Shown: positions 1 through 10,588 of the stretch, one piece after another | Layout of the letters: every line of letters begins with the position of its first letter | How positions within the stretch are numbered: the stretch's first letter is position 1 | IMG/VR virus record: IMGVR_UViG_3300038312_000193 | Length of the DNA stretch: 64,000 nucleotides | Direction: 5' to 3' (one strand) | From: a virus | The notes under the pieces: model-generated | What the model was told of the DNA's origin: nothing | Databases searched by the model: none | Seen by the model: the letters and a program-made list of their open reading frames with translations, nothing else | Program-made: the position numbers and the translations under genes

Positions 1-2
1 AT

Positions 3-269
3 AAATTATTTAATACTAATGGTAATGAACAGATGATTATGGCTTTAAAAAAAGAATTGTTTGTCCCAGAAATTAACCTAACTAAGTTTTTTGTTCCTAA
101 TATGCAAGATTTAATTTCTTCAATAACTCCACAAATATCATTAGCAGGTGGAGGTACAAATAATGTTTATAATCTTAATTTTCAAGTGGATCGGTTAGAA
201 AACAGTGATAAAGGTGCAGACTATATTTTCAAGAAAATTAATCAGGGACTTTTTAAGATTGGTAAATAA
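3..269 (+). CDS. C-terminal end of probable tail tape measure protein (partial)
   Basis: Frame is open from the window edge, ends before a terminator and lies upstream of the distal tail gene; call is mainly positional. Confidence 0.55.
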   Translation, partial: KLFNTNGNEQMIMALKKELFVPEINLTKFFVPNMQDLISSITPQISLAGGGTNNVYNLNFQVDRLENSDKGADYIFKKINQGLFKIGK

Positions 270-294
270 AAGAAGGGTAAATTACCCTTCTTTT
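270..294 (+). terminator. Intrinsic terminator
   Basis: AAGAAGGGTAA-A-TTACCCTTCTTTT hairpin plus T-run. Confidence 0.75.
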
Positions 295-407
295 ATTTTT
301 TAGTGGGTAAATTAGAATGTGTACAATTCTAATTATGGATAATGTATCCTGAACATTATCTCCCACTTTTTATATTAATTCAGGGAAACTTTCAGGGAGG
401 TTTTATA

Positions 408-1250
408 ATGATAATTTTACCACAAAAATGTACTATAAAATGGAGTTATAACAATAGAAAATATTATGAATCTAAAGGATATGTTTTTACAAAATATAAT
501 GATTATTTCGATGTGGATGTTTTAGATTTATCTAAATGTAGTTCAGCATATATAAAAATTAAATGTGATTATTGTGGAGAAGAATATAGTATAAAACATC
601 ATAGATATAATAGTACAAATAAAAAAATTGTAAATAAAGATTGTTGTAAAAAATGTTCAGATTTGAAACGTAAAGAATCCACCATAAAATTATATGGGGT
701 TGAAAATGTATTTCAACTTAAAGAAATGCAAGATAAAATGAAAATAATTAATATTGAAAAATATGGAGTTGAAAATGTATTTTATCTTAAAGAATTTCAA
801 GATAAAGCTAAGCAAACTTGTTTAGAAAAATATGGTGTTGAATACTATAACCAAACTGAAAAATCTATTGAACAAAGAGTTAAATCCTTTTATAAAAATG
901 GTAGTTGTCGCACATCTTCTCAACAATTAGAAATATTTAATATATTAAAAGATAATAATTATAATGTTGAATTAAACTTACCTGTTTCCAGATGTAATCT
1001 TGATATTGCTCTACATATAAATAATATAAATATTGACATAGAATATGATGGATGGCATTGGCATGATTCACAAAGAGATCGTAAACGAGATGAATTTTTA
1101 AAATCTCAAGGTTGGAAAGTATTTAGAATAAAAAGTGGACATAAAATCCCCTCTTTGAAACAAATTCAAGAGGGGATTTTTAAATTGATAAATACTGATA
1201 GAACTTATACTCAAATTGTTTTAGATGATTGGAAAGAAGAAATCGTTTAA
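408..1250 (+). CDS. Free-standing putative homing endonuclease, Zn-finger plus DUF559/Vsr-like PD-(D/E)XK domain
   Basis: CxxC pairs, repeated KYGVENVF, C-terminal IEYDGWHWH..RDRKRDEFL..GWKVFRI; GGGAGG RBS favours ATG 408 over 342. Confidence 0.75.
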   Translation: MIILPQKCTIKWSYNNRKYYESKGYVFTKYNDYFDVDVLDLSKCSSAYIKIKCDYCGEEYSIKHHRYNSTNKKIVNKDCCKKCSDLKRKESTIKLYGVENVFQLKEMQDKMKIINIEKYGVENVFYLKEFQDKAKQTCLEKYGVEYYNQTEKSIEQRVKSFYKNGSCRTSSQQLEIFNILKDNNYNVELNLPVSRCNLDIALHINNINIDIEYDGWHWHDSQRDRKRDEFLKSQGWKVFRIKSGHKIPSLKQIQEGIFKLINTDRTYTQIVLDDWKEEIV

Positions 1251-1251
1251 T

Positions 1252-1274
1252 AAGAGGGGTTAATCCCCTCTTTT
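1252..1274 (+). terminator. Intrinsic terminator
   Basis: AAGAGGGG-TTAAT-CCCCTCTTTT. Confidence 0.7.
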
Positions 1275-1298
1275 ACTTTTAGGTGGTGATTAAAATAC

Positions 1299-2075
1299 AT
1301 GATTAAAGATTCTTTATGGTTTGAGTTTAATAACGAATTAAGTTCTGATTATGGTATTATCAACTGCAATTTATCTTCTGGTATGTTAGAAGAACCATTA
1401 ATGGCTGAATCAGAGATAGTAGAAACTGAAATTCGTGGTAGAGATGAACCTTATCTTCAAGAAATTAAATATAAACCTTTAGAATTTGATGTAAATTTTG
1501 CATTTTTAGATTCTTGGACAGAAGAATCTTTACAAAAAGTTAAAAGATGGTTAAGAAAACCTTATTATTGTAAATTAAGATTTTCTGAGAATCCAAATAG
1601 ATTATATTACGGACTTTTTACTGGAGAACCAAAAATAAATCATAATGGTATAAATCAAGGTTATTTTACTTGGCATTTTAGATGTAATAGTCCTTATGCC
1701 TACTCCCCTATCTATATAGATACTTATGATTTCTCTGCTAGTGATATTAATTATTTTGAGTTTAATAATTTAGGTGATATAGATTGTTTACCTATTGTTG
1801 AAATTACAAAAGTTGATGCACTTGGTAATATATCAATATTTAATCTATCAAATGGAAATAAAGAGTTTGGTTTTTCTGAATTAGCACTTAATGAGATTGT
1901 TGAAGTAGATTGCTTGAGAAGGAATATAAAATCTTCGCTAGAAGCATCTGCACCTAGTATTTACAGGTATGATAAACTGGTTGGCGATTATCTGAATTTA
2001 CTATACGGTAAAAATCAGTTACAAGTTCAAGGTAAATGTTTATTGACGATAAAATATGAATTCAAATTCCATTAA
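1299..2075 (+). CDS. Distal tail protein (Dit; SPbeta YomH-like)
   Basis: Siphovirus Dit pattern (EIRGRD, F.CNSPYAYS, N.GD....P, L..G.N); position between tape measure and Tal. Confidence 0.8.
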   Translation: MIKDSLWFEFNNELSSDYGIINCNLSSGMLEEPLMAESEIVETEIRGRDEPYLQEIKYKPLEFDVNFAFLDSWTEESLQKVKRWLRKPYYCKLRFSENPNRLYYGLFTGEPKINHNGINQGYFTWHFRCNSPYAYSPIYIDTYDFSASDINYFEFNNLGDIDCLPIVEITKVDALGNISIFNLSNGNKEFGFSELALNEIVEVDCLRRNIKSSLEASAPSIYRYDKLVGDYLNLLYGKNQLQVQGKCLLTIKYEFKFH

Positions 2076-2091
2076 GAAAGGAGGATAATAT

Positions 2092-4797
2092 TTGATAGAA
2101 CTTTCAAAACCCCGTTTATTTCTCGCAAAACCAGATCGAACTATAATTGCTGAATTATCAGAAGCATACGATATAAATTGCATTATAAAACTAGGTTCAA
2201 TTTCAGATTTGAATTTTAAACTCCCTACGCTTGTTGAAATTGATCACAAATTAGTTGATAACGAGCATATAAATAAAGTCTTATTTAAATACTTAATCAA
2301 ATACGAGATAGATAATTATGTAGAGTGGTTTGTAGTCAATGCTCCTACTCCTACAATGGATGAAGATATTGACATTTTGCAAGTTGAATGCTTTTCTTTA
2401 CCCTATGAATTAAATAATCAGGATTTGAAGGGTTATAGTGTTACATCAAAAACATTAACACAGATTATGACAGATATATTAAGTGAAAATAATTGGTCTT
2501 TGGGCTACGTTAATTCAGTGTTCGATTTAAAATACAGATCGTTTGAAGCGAATTGTAAAGTATTAGAAGCGGTATTAAACTGTGCTACTACATTCGGAGC
2601 AATTATTCAATGGGATACTGTAAATAAACAGATAAATTTTTATTTACCTGAACAAATAGGTACATACAAAGGTCTGAATTTTGATTATGGAAAATATCTG
2701 AAATCAATGAATCAATCTCTTGATGTTTCTGACTTCTGCACTCGTCTCAAGATATATGGTCAAGACAATTTAACAATCAACGAATACAACATAACAGGAA
2801 GTAACTACCTTGATGATTTCTCATTCTTTCTCTACCCGTATGCCGAAACAAGCGAGGGCATAGTAATTCAAAGTAGCAATTACATGTCTGATAGTCTATG
2901 CCATGCAATACTAACTTACAATGCACTTCTTTTACAAAAAGATGGAGAATATACTAGTTATTTAAATACTCTTGAAGGATATGAAACTGAATTAACAACC
3001 TTAAATAATTCATTAACTACACTAAATGAAGAATTAGCAGTAATACTTGATAGTTTAGATATAGCACAATCTAGTGGAACAGATACAACATTATTATTAC
3101 AACAAAAATCTGCTAAAGAAATTGAAATTACAAATAAGACAATTGAAATTACAAATAAAACAACACAAATTAACGGTGTTAAAACAAGCGTATCTACCCT
3201 TGGTAATGATTTAAGTATGGAAAGTAATTTTACTGCGGAACAACTGTTAGAATTAGCGGATTATATTATCGTAAAAGAAATAAATAATGAATATATTACT
3301 GATGCTAAAGAATTAATAAAATGGGGTAAGGAAGAATTCTTGAAATTAAGCTCTCCCCAAATATTAATTGATCTTGATATTGTTGATTTTAATCAATATT
3401 TAGATGAAGATTGTCAAATTGATAAAGGTAAATTGATACTTGGAGATATTGTCAATGTAAAATATTCTAAGTTTGGGATTAATATAAACGCTAAGATAAC
3501 TGAAATTGACTATGATTATGAAAATGGCGATTGTAAAATAACCATCAGCAATATTGAAACCGTTAATAAAGACTATGATAAATTTGTACAGAAAATTAAT
3601 CAAGCAATGACTACTTCAATGCAAGTAGATATGAACAAATATAAATGGAACAACACAGTTGATAAAACCAATGAAGTTGAAACAATTTTAAATGAAACAT
3701 GGAATGCGGCTTTACGTCAAATAAAAGCTGGTGGAAGTAATGAAAATATAGTTATTGATTCCCGTGGTATTACTGCTACTGATCCTAACGACCCTTTAAA
3801 AGCACTTCGTATTATGCATAGCACAATTGGCATGACACAGGACGGATTCAATACTCTTGGTTTAGCTTGCGACAGTTCGGGTCTATATGCTGACAAATTA
3901 ATCGGTAGAATAATCGCAGGAGAAAAATTAACTATATCCTCAAGTGATGGTTCGTTTGAAGTTTATGAGGATATCAATGGTAAAATAAAAGTTGATATAA
4001 TAAATGGTGCATTAACTATTATTGACGGTAAAATTCATTCGTCGAAAATTTTCGGTACTGATATTCGGTCAGGAGCAGAAGGTGCAACAAGTTATATAAA
4101 ACTCGGTTCTACATTTGAACCTCTTGAGGTAGTAGAAGACGGCAAAACTGCACTAAACATTTGGTCCTCTGGCGGCGGTATGTTGCAGTTCTATGATACC
4201 AATCTGAATGATATGGCAGGGCAGATAACGCCCGTAAATGATGCTGGTGGACAGGGCTTAGAAATAAAGGCAAGAAGCACCTCAGGGACAACAAATAAAG
4301 ATTTAAGGTTACAGGGCCGCTTTGTGCGGATTCATGGCTATCCCCCCTACTCCGACCAGTGGTCGATTTATCTGGATGGGTATACCTTTGTTACTGGAAA
4401 CCTATTCGTGCAAGGCAGTATCCAAAAAACAGACGGACTCAATTATGTTGAGCCAACGAAAAACTATGGCACTCGTTTATTAAATGCGGTGGAAGCTCCG
4501 GAGTTTAAATATTACGACAGCGGCAGGGCAACTCTAATAAACGGTGAGGCAATTGTTTATCTTGACCCGATATATTTAGAGGTTATTGAACCAGACACAG
4601 ATTTGACCCCTTGGCTATTTAAAACGGAAGTATATGGCGAAGGTGAGGATATCAGGGTTATCGAATGGGGGGATGACTATTTCAAGGTTAAGGAATGCAA
4701 CGGAGGGACTAGCAACAGAAAATTTGGCTGGTGGTTTGAGGCTACACGCATAAATTATGCAGGAATAAGATTAATGGAGGTGATAAATCATGGCTGA
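2092..4797 (+). CDS. Tail tip/baseplate hub protein (Tal; prophage endopeptidase tail domain, coiled coil, variable C-terminus)
   Basis: N-terminal prophage-tail motifs (GKYLKSM, TRLKIYG, LGDIVNV), long coiled coil, follows Dit. Confidence 0.8.
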   Translation: MIELSKPRLFLAKPDRTIIAELSEAYDINCIIKLGSISDLNFKLPTLVEIDHKLVDNEHINKVLFKYLIKYEIDNYVEWFVVNAPTPTMDEDIDILQVECFSLPYELNNQDLKGYSVTSKTLTQIMTDILSENNWSLGYVNSVFDLKYRSFEANCKVLEAVLNCATTFGAIIQWDTVNKQINFYLPEQIGTYKGLNFDYGKYLKSMNQSLDVSDFCTRLKIYGQDNLTINEYNITGSNYLDDFSFFLYPYAETSEGIVIQSSNYMSDSLCHAILTYNALLLQKDGEYTSYLNTLEGYETELTTLNNSLTTLNEELAVILDSLDIAQSSGTDTTLLLQQKSAKEIEITNKTIEITNKTTQINGVKTSVSTLGNDLSMESNFTAEQLLELADYIIVKEINNEYITDAKELIKWGKEEFLKLSSPQILIDLDIVDFNQYLDEDCQIDKGKLILGDIVNVKYSKFGININAKITEIDYDYENGDCKITISNIETVNKDYDKFVQKINQAMTTSMQVDMNKYKWNNTVDKTNEVETILNETWNAALRQIKAGGSNENIVIDSRGITATDPNDPLKALRIMHSTIGMTQDGFNTLGLACDSSGLYADKLIGRIIAGEKLTISSSDGSFEVYEDINGKIKVDIINGALTIIDGKIHSSKIFGTDIRSGAEGATSYIKLGSTFEPLEVVEDGKTALNIWSSGGGMLQFYDTNLNDMAGQITPVNDAGGQGLEIKARSTSGTTNKDLRLQGRFVRIHGYPPYSDQWSIYLDGYTFVTGNLFVQGSIQKTDGLNYVEPTKNYGTRLLNAVEAPEFKYYDSGRATLINGEAIVYLDPIYLEVIEPDTDLTPWLFKTEVYGEGEDIRVIEWGDDYFKVKECNGGTSNRKFGWWFEATRINYAGIRLMEVINHG

Positions 4798-4990
4798 TTT
4801 AGGTAGAGAGGAAATTTTAAGGCGTATTGCTATCGAAGATGCACGAATAGCGAATACAGACCGGAATATAACTGGCTTAATTACTCAAAAAAACAAGAGC
4901 CTGGATGAACAAGCCAGGCTCTTTGCTTTGCTCGATGCATTGCCGGAGGTGGCACCCGTGGAAGAAGAAACAGGGGATTTACTCCCCTAG
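4790..4990 (+). CDS. Small coiled-coil tail-associated protein
   Basis: GGAGGTG RBS; overlaps Tal stop. Confidence 0.55.
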   Translation: MADLGREEILRRIAIEDARIANTDRNITGLITQKNKSLDEQARLFALLDALPEVAPVEEETGDLLP

Positions 4991-5977
4991 TTTCTCTTCT
5001 ATTGGCATTTTAATAATTGCTTGTTTTTGAGTATCATCCCATTCAACGGTGGCCCCTAATGCCTCCGCCACCCAACGGGCAGGTAAAAAGGTGCGGTCAC
5101 TGGTTATTTCCGGTGCAACATCCATAGCGACAGATTCTTGATTGACCAGCATCACCGGATTGTTAATGGTGAGGGTGACACTGGTATCTCCCTTGTTAAT
5201 GCCTACTTTTTGGGTATCATTGTCCCATGTAACCCCGTCCTGTGGGACTCCTAAAGAGTAGGCGAGGTAGCGAACTGGTACGTATGTGCGGCTATCCTTG
5301 ATGTATGGGGCAACATCCATGCTTTTGATATCTGGTTGGACTGTTTCGGTCTCTGTGCTATTTGTAATGCTGGCAACAGAGTAGGTATTAGCATCTAATG
5401 TAAAAGTAGTTGTGAGGTATTTTTCTGCCCAAGAATCAGGGTCCGGAGTTTCAGTTTTTGTAGAAGAGCCGCCACCGCCGCCACTCGGGTTGTCATATAC
5501 TCTTTGTCTTTCAAGGCATTCCGGGATACCTGCGACAAATGCATTTAGCGTTTGGGTTTTAGTAGTGCCATAAACATAACCAAGGACTGTGTTTTCCGGG
5601 GCACTTCCCCATTGCGCTAAAAAGTTTTCTTCATCATTATTATCCAGGTAAAAAAAGAATCTAACAAGTTTATCGTGCGCACCATTGTTTCCCTGTATAG
5701 GCTGAATTTTAATATTGTTAAAGTTTGACACCGCCACAGTTTCATAGGCGGTACTGTAGACAGTAGCAGATACATTTCCTGATGAAATCTGGTTCAAATC
5801 GACCCAAACGCTGTAAACTTCATCGTTGCTCATTTTATCTGTGGCATGTAGGATGTCTATTTGATCTGATAAGTAGGTTCTTATTTGCATTATTTCTTCA
5901 GGTGTTCTAGCCATCACCGGCGCAACGGCCGCAAACAGCAGCACAGCAGTTATCGACAAGCAAATCAGTTTTTTCAT
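4979..5977 (-). CDS. Secreted protein with C-terminal copper amine oxidase N-terminal (stalk-like) domain; antisense moron
   Basis: Signal peptide MKKLICLSITAVLLFAAVAPVMA; RTYVPVRYLAYSLG and RTFLPARWVAEALGATVEWD motifs; AGGAGG RBS. Confidence 0.85.
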   Translation of the reverse strand: MKKLICLSITAVLLFAAVAPVMARTPEEIMQIRTYLSDQIDILHATDKMSNDEVYSVWVDLNQISSGNVSATVYSTAYETVAVSNFNNIKIQPIQGNNGAHDKLVRFFFYLDNNDEENFLAQWGSAPENTVLGYVYGTTKTQTLNAFVAGIPECLERQRVYDNPSGGGGGSSTKTETPDPDSWAEKYLTTTFTLDANTYSVASITNSTETETVQPDIKSMDVAPYIKDSRTYVPVRYLAYSLGVPQDGVTWDNDTQKVGINKGDTSVTLTINNPVMLVNQESVAMDVAPEITSDRTFLPARWVAEALGATVEWDDTQKQAIIKMPIEEKLGE

Positions 5978-6059
5978 GGCAAGACCTCCTTAAATTATTG
6001 TTAATTTCAATACATTATTTATTACCTATATTCATTTACTACAAACAAATTATAAATAT

Positions 6060-6088
6060 AATATAAATTATTTTTTATAATAAGTCAA
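6060..6088 (-). promoter_or_regulatory. Putative sigmaA promoter of the moron
   Basis: TTGACT-17 bp-TATATT on the minus strand. Confidence 0.5.
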
Positions 6089-6176
6089 GTAAATTTTCCC
6101 AATTTAAATAACAAAAATTATAAATCTAATTAAATAATTAAATTATTCTTTACAAAGAAAAGAAGGTGATATTAAA

Positions 6177-8075
6177 TTGACTATAAATTGGTCTAATAAT
6201 CAAATACTTTCAAAAAAACGCAAAGGCACAACCGAAGATCCTTTTTTATTAATAGAAGAATCTTTACCTTGTGTTAATTGTAAAATAGTATTAACAGAAG
6301 TTCCAAATAAACAACAAAAGGTTACTTTAAATTATTCTGAAGAATATTCATCTACTAAAAATTATATAGTAGGTGATTTAGTTTATTATGAGATAGATAA
6401 TATAAAAACTACTTATGAGTGTATAGTTGATTGTATAAATATTCTTCCAACTGATACATCTAAATGGAAAATAATTGATTTTATTGAAGTTTCTAATATT
6501 AAAGTCTTAGAAAAATATGAGTATTATGTTAATTATTTAGATTCTATTATTAGTTTGAATTCATATTTTTCTAATAAAAATATCATTTGTAAATACTATG
6601 GTGAGGGTTTAGATTTTTATCCTTCAACACGAATATGGACAAAAGCAGATGGCACAGAAGTCACAGAAACTTTACAAGATATTATTTCTTCTGGACAAGA
6701 TGCTATAGATGCCGCACTTGTATTAAAAGAATTTGAAGTTATTGAACCTTATGATAATGATAAAACATATAAAGTTTTAAATAAAGTTACTTATGAAGGT
6801 TCTACATATCAATGTATTTTACAATCTCAAGGTAATTTACCAACAAATTCTACTTATTGGATTCTTATTGCACAAAAAGGTGATCAAGGAATTCAGGGTT
6901 TGCAAGGAGATATTGGCTTAAAAGGTGATAAAGGTGATAAAGCAGTAAATTGGAAAAATACATATAATCCATCTACAACATATATTATAGATGATGCTGT
7001 ATCATATAACGGATCATCATATATTTGTATTTTAGCATCTACAGGCAATGCACCAACAAACACCACCTATTGGGATGTATTAGCAGAAAAAGGTGCTGAC
7101 GGTTCGGGTTCAGGTAGTGTAACTAACGTATCATCTGCAAATGAAGATATATCTATTGCCAATCCAACTACTACTCCTACTCTTACTCTTAATTCAGGTG
7201 CAGGAGCAAATCAAATTGTAAAACGTGATTTTAATGGTGATATACCTGGAGATATTACAGGTAATGCAGCAACGGTTACACAAGATTCTACACATAGAAT
7301 GGTAACTGATACAGAAAAATCTACATGGAATGGAAAACAAGATGCTTTAACCTTTACTCCTGAAAACACAGAAAATAAAGGACAAAATAATGGTTATGCT
7401 TCATTAGATTCGACTGGTAAAGTTCCTACTACACAATTACCCGAAGACATTGGGGGTGGTGAAACACCATTCAAGATAAAATCTGCATTTTATACGAGTG
7501 GTACAGATACATTAAGTATAGTTATTGCTAGTGGGACAGGAGAAACTTTTAATAATACAACTATAAATACTATAACAAAAACAACTGATACTACTTTGAA
7601 TATTCCTTCACCATTAGCAAGTACAACCTATACAATTTATCTTAAAAATGATGGTAATTTTGATAAATCAATAGATGGGACTACTTCAACTGGAAGTATA
7701 ACCATTGGGACAGTTAGTACAAATGCGGATAAATCTGTAAATACAATTATTGATAAAAGACCTTTGGTAAGTGGTGTTGGGAAAGAGTTTATTGCGCATA
7801 AGGCCGAAACTGCGACAGATGCCCATATTATTTCAAATATAACTGGGCTCCAAACTGCTTTAAGTGATAAATCACCTACAAATCACAATCATAGTGGGAC
7901 TTATGAGCCTGTGGATGCTGATATTATGCGTAAAGATGTACCACAAACCATGTCTGCTATACTAACTGCGCAAAATAATACTTCTTATACAACTAAACAG
8001 GTTCGTAACATTACTCTTTCTACAGCAGATGCATCAGGTGGTAGTAATGGCGATATATGGTTTAAATATGTATAA
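6177..8075 (+). CDS. Tail fibre/adhesin with three small carbohydrate-binding (CBM5/12-like) repeats and a collagen-like stretch
   Basis: Y..GD.V.Y.GS.Y.C......P.....W repeats; GDQGIQGLQGDIGLKGDKGDK; NGYASLDSTGKVP fibre motif. Confidence 0.8.
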   Translation: MTINWSNNQILSKKRKGTTEDPFLLIEESLPCVNCKIVLTEVPNKQQKVTLNYSEEYSSTKNYIVGDLVYYEIDNIKTTYECIVDCINILPTDTSKWKIIDFIEVSNIKVLEKYEYYVNYLDSIISLNSYFSNKNIICKYYGEGLDFYPSTRIWTKADGTEVTETLQDIISSGQDAIDAALVLKEFEVIEPYDNDKTYKVLNKVTYEGSTYQCILQSQGNLPTNSTYWILIAQKGDQGIQGLQGDIGLKGDKGDKAVNWKNTYNPSTTYIIDDAVSYNGSSYICILASTGNAPTNTTYWDVLAEKGADGSGSGSVTNVSSANEDISIANPTTTPTLTLNSGAGANQIVKRDFNGDIPGDITGNAATVTQDSTHRMVTDTEKSTWNGKQDALTFTPENTENKGQNNGYASLDSTGKVPTTQLPEDIGGGETPFKIKSAFYTSGTDTLSIVIASGTGETFNNTTINTITKTTDTTLNIPSPLASTTYTIYLKNDGNFDKSIDGTTSTGSITIGTVSTNADKSVNTIIDKRPLVSGVGKEFIAHKAETATDAHIISNITGLQTALSDKSPTNHNHSGTYEPVDADIMRKDVPQTMSAILTAQNNTSYTTKQVRNITLSTADASGGSNGDIWFKYV

Positions 8076-8087
8076 GAAGGTGATGAT

Positions 8088-9173
8088 GTGAGTCTAGGTG
8101 TTGACATAGGAGGTACATGGAGGGATATTCCTTCTGTTGCAGGCAACATTAAAACTAATATAGATGGGACATGGAGAACTGTAAAAAGAATCAGTGCAAA
8201 TATCGGTGGTGTTTGGAAAAAAGTTTGGGGATACAATGAATTATCAAAATATGGAACAGTTGCACTAACAGGTAAAGGTGGTGCTAGTGTTTCAGCAGGA
8301 AACTATGCTTTAATTCAAGCAGGGGATGGGCAAATGAATGCTTTTAACACATCTTTAGTAAGGACAATCGCAGGTGCATTGCCCTTTACAAATGGTGTTG
8401 GAGGTGAGACTCCTGTAGGTAGTTATGGTATTTTTGTAGAGTATAATACTAGTGCTTTGTGTGCATATGATGCTTCGTTAGTTAAAAGTACCCCATCAGC
8501 TTTAAGCACTATAAGGAATACTTATGCAGGGGGTACAATAAAGGGTAAATATGCCTTATTTGCAGGTGGATATGTATCATCCAATTATTCTAATGTAATA
8601 GATGCTTATAATGTCTCGTTAGTACAGGCTACCCCCTTTACTCAAAGTGGTGCTTCCTATACTTCCACATCGGCATCTATTACTGATACTTATGTTTTAT
8701 TTGCAGGACATCAGTATAATACATCCTATAATACAGCAGTAGATGCAATTAATTCCTCATTGGTTAGAAGTAATCCTTCAGCACTAAGTAGTCCTGCTTG
8801 GGATGCTGGTGGTGCTTCTGTAGGTAATTATGGTGTAATTGCAGGAGGGAGAGATGGTGATGATAGTTATACTACAGTAAGTGCATATAATACTTCTTTG
8901 GTAAAAAGCACCCCTTCAGCATTAGCCAACGCTAGACACGATTTAGGTGGTTCTACAATAGGAAATGGTGCTTATGCAATTTTTGCAGGGGGTTTAAGCA
9001 TTTCTGAATTTACGGCTGATGTAGAAGCTTATGATACTTCATTAGTTAAAACTACTCTTACTCCATTAAGTGGTGCAAAAGACTGTATGCACGAAGTCAC
9101 AGTTGGAGATTATGTTCTGTTTTCAAGTCATAGAGCCGGTAATACTAGTGCAGATGTTTACCAATATAATTAA
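8088..9173 (+). CDS. Kelch-like beta-propeller repeat protein, probable receptor-binding tip
   Basis: About 6 repeats of YALFAGG...V.AY.xSLVKSTP..LS. Confidence 0.7.
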   Translation: MSLGVDIGGTWRDIPSVAGNIKTNIDGTWRTVKRISANIGGVWKKVWGYNELSKYGTVALTGKGGASVSAGNYALIQAGDGQMNAFNTSLVRTIAGALPFTNGVGGETPVGSYGIFVEYNTSALCAYDASLVKSTPSALSTIRNTYAGGTIKGKYALFAGGYVSSNYSNVIDAYNVSLVQATPFTQSGASYTSTSASITDTYVLFAGHQYNTSYNTAVDAINSSLVRSNPSALSSPAWDAGGASVGNYGVIAGGRDGDDSYTTVSAYNTSLVKSTPSALANARHDLGGSTIGNGAYAIFAGGLSISEFTADVEAYDTSLVKTTLTPLSGAKDCMHEVTVGDYVLFSSHRAGNTSADVYQYN

Positions 9174-9187
9174 GAGGAGGAATTTTA

Positions 9188-9511
9188 ATGTCTTTAAAAT
9201 TGGAGAAGTTTGATGGTACAAAAACTTATATGTTCCCTAATGGAGCAGTAGCAACACCAGATGTAATTCGTTCACAATTCCCAGCAGTAGATGCTTTTCC
9301 TCATGTATTAGAAGTCAATGGTGATGTATGTCAGGCAGTAATGAGTTTAAATGCATTACGTCAGATACATGGCATTGATGATGTTTTGACAGAAACAGAA
9401 GCGATTACTGCAATTGAAACTATCATGAATACCCCGCCTCCCGAACCAGAACCGACACCTGAAGAGCGTATGGCAGCAGCTATGGAATTCCAGAATCTTT
9501 TAGCTTTATAA
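9188..9511 (+). CDS. XkdW-like tail fibre assembly protein
   Basis: C-terminal PEPTPEERMAAAME pattern; directly upstream of an XkdX-like gene. Confidence 0.55.
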   Translation: MSLKLEKFDGTKTYMFPNGAVATPDVIRSQFPAVDAFPHVLEVNGDVCQAVMSLNALRQIHGIDDVLTETEAITAIETIMNTPPPEPEPTPEERMAAAMEFQNLLAL

Positions 9512-9524
9512 GGAGGACAGGATT

Positions 9525-9659
9525 ATGACTTTTAAAATGATTAAAAAGAATTATGACAGAGGACTATGGAATAAACAAATGGTTAAGGTCACGGTAGTAA
9601 AAGGTGTAATAACAGCAGACCAATATCAAGAGATTACAGGAGAAGTGTATACTGCATAG
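9525..9659 (+). CDS. XkdX family small protein (44 aa, not in ORF track)
   Basis: MTFKMIKKNYDRGLWNKQMV...GVITADQYQEITGEVY; AGGAGG RBS. Confidence 0.85.
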   Translation: MTFKMIKKNYDRGLWNKQMVKVTVVKGVITADQYQEITGEVYTA

Positions 9660-9722
9660 TAGACCTTTACTATTCATTAACAAGTAAAAATATTAATATT
9701 ATATTTTTTGACATTATTATTT

Positions 9723-9749
9723 AGAGACTGAATAATTCAGTCTCTTTTT
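9723..9749 (+). terminator. Terminator after tail fibre operon
   Basis: AGAGACTGAAT-A-ATTCAGTCTCTTTTT. Confidence 0.75.
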
Positions 9750-9774
9750 ATATGCAATATTAGAGGTGATAATT

Positions 9775-10503
9775 ATAGAACAATATTATGGAATTATTTA
9801 CTCAGCAACAAACATTATTAATAATAAAAAATATATCGGACAAACAAAATATACATTACATAAAAGAAAATTAGAGCATTTATCATCTTATAAAAGAAAG
9901 CAGAAAACTGTTTTTCAGAAAGCACTTAAAAAATATGGTGAAGAAAATTTTATTTGGGAAATTATTGATTATGCAAAAACTCCAGAAGAAATAGATTTAA
10001 AAGAACGATATTGGATTAATTATTATAATACTTTTAAATAAGATGGTTATAATATGAATCCAGGTGGGCAAGCATTTAAATTTACAGATGATGAATGGTT
10101 ACATATTTCTCTTCTTCATGATCATAGAAAAGTGATGGTGTTTAATAAAAAAGGTAATTACATAGAAACTGTGGCATCTAAGAAAATATTTTCTATTCAA
10201 TATGATTGTAGATTACAGGATACTATAATTGTATTAAATGATATAAAGAGTTCAGTAAAAGATTATATATTAATATATGAAGATGAATATTCAGAAGAAC
10301 TATTGATAAGTAAAATAAAAAGAACTAGAAATAATCGTGAATTTACTGTGAAAGATACAGAAGATAACCTAATTGGCACATGGGATAATCAAACTTATTG
10401 TGCGAATGAATTAAATATACATCGTGGTAATGTGAGTAAATGTTTATCGGGTAAATTGTCTAAATGCAATGGTTACATATTTCAATATGTAGATAATTTA
10501 TAA
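9775..10503 (+). pseudogene. GIY-YIG/NUMOD1 homing endonuclease interrupted by in-frame TAA (10039-10041)
   Basis: GIIY..YIGQT motif; reads YYNTFK*DGYNMNPGG in one frame; C-terminal NUMOD1-like CANELNI..GNVSKCL..K...GYIF. Confidence 0.85.
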
Positions 10504-10522
10504 TATTAAAAATATAATATAA

Positions 10523-10588
10523 ATATATTACATTATCTCCTTTTATATGATAAAATAAAATAAAAATATAAAAGGAGATATAATATAT
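10523..10588 (+). promoter_or_regulatory. Hairpin covering RBS and start of the tyrosine recombinase
   Basis: TATCTCCTTTTATAT (10534-48) is the exact reverse complement of ATATAAAAGGAGATA (10566-80). Confidence 0.65.

Noticed and set aside
2092-9173. Diversity-generating retroelement acting on tail genes
   Set aside because: No reverse transcriptase and no TR/VR pair seen; the repeats are protein-level (CBM, Kelch-like, EITNKT)
10039-10041. In-frame TAA in the GIY-YIG gene as evidence of stop-codon recoding
   Set aside because: It is a single case and TAA ends most genes here normally; a nonsense mutation or sequence error is simpler
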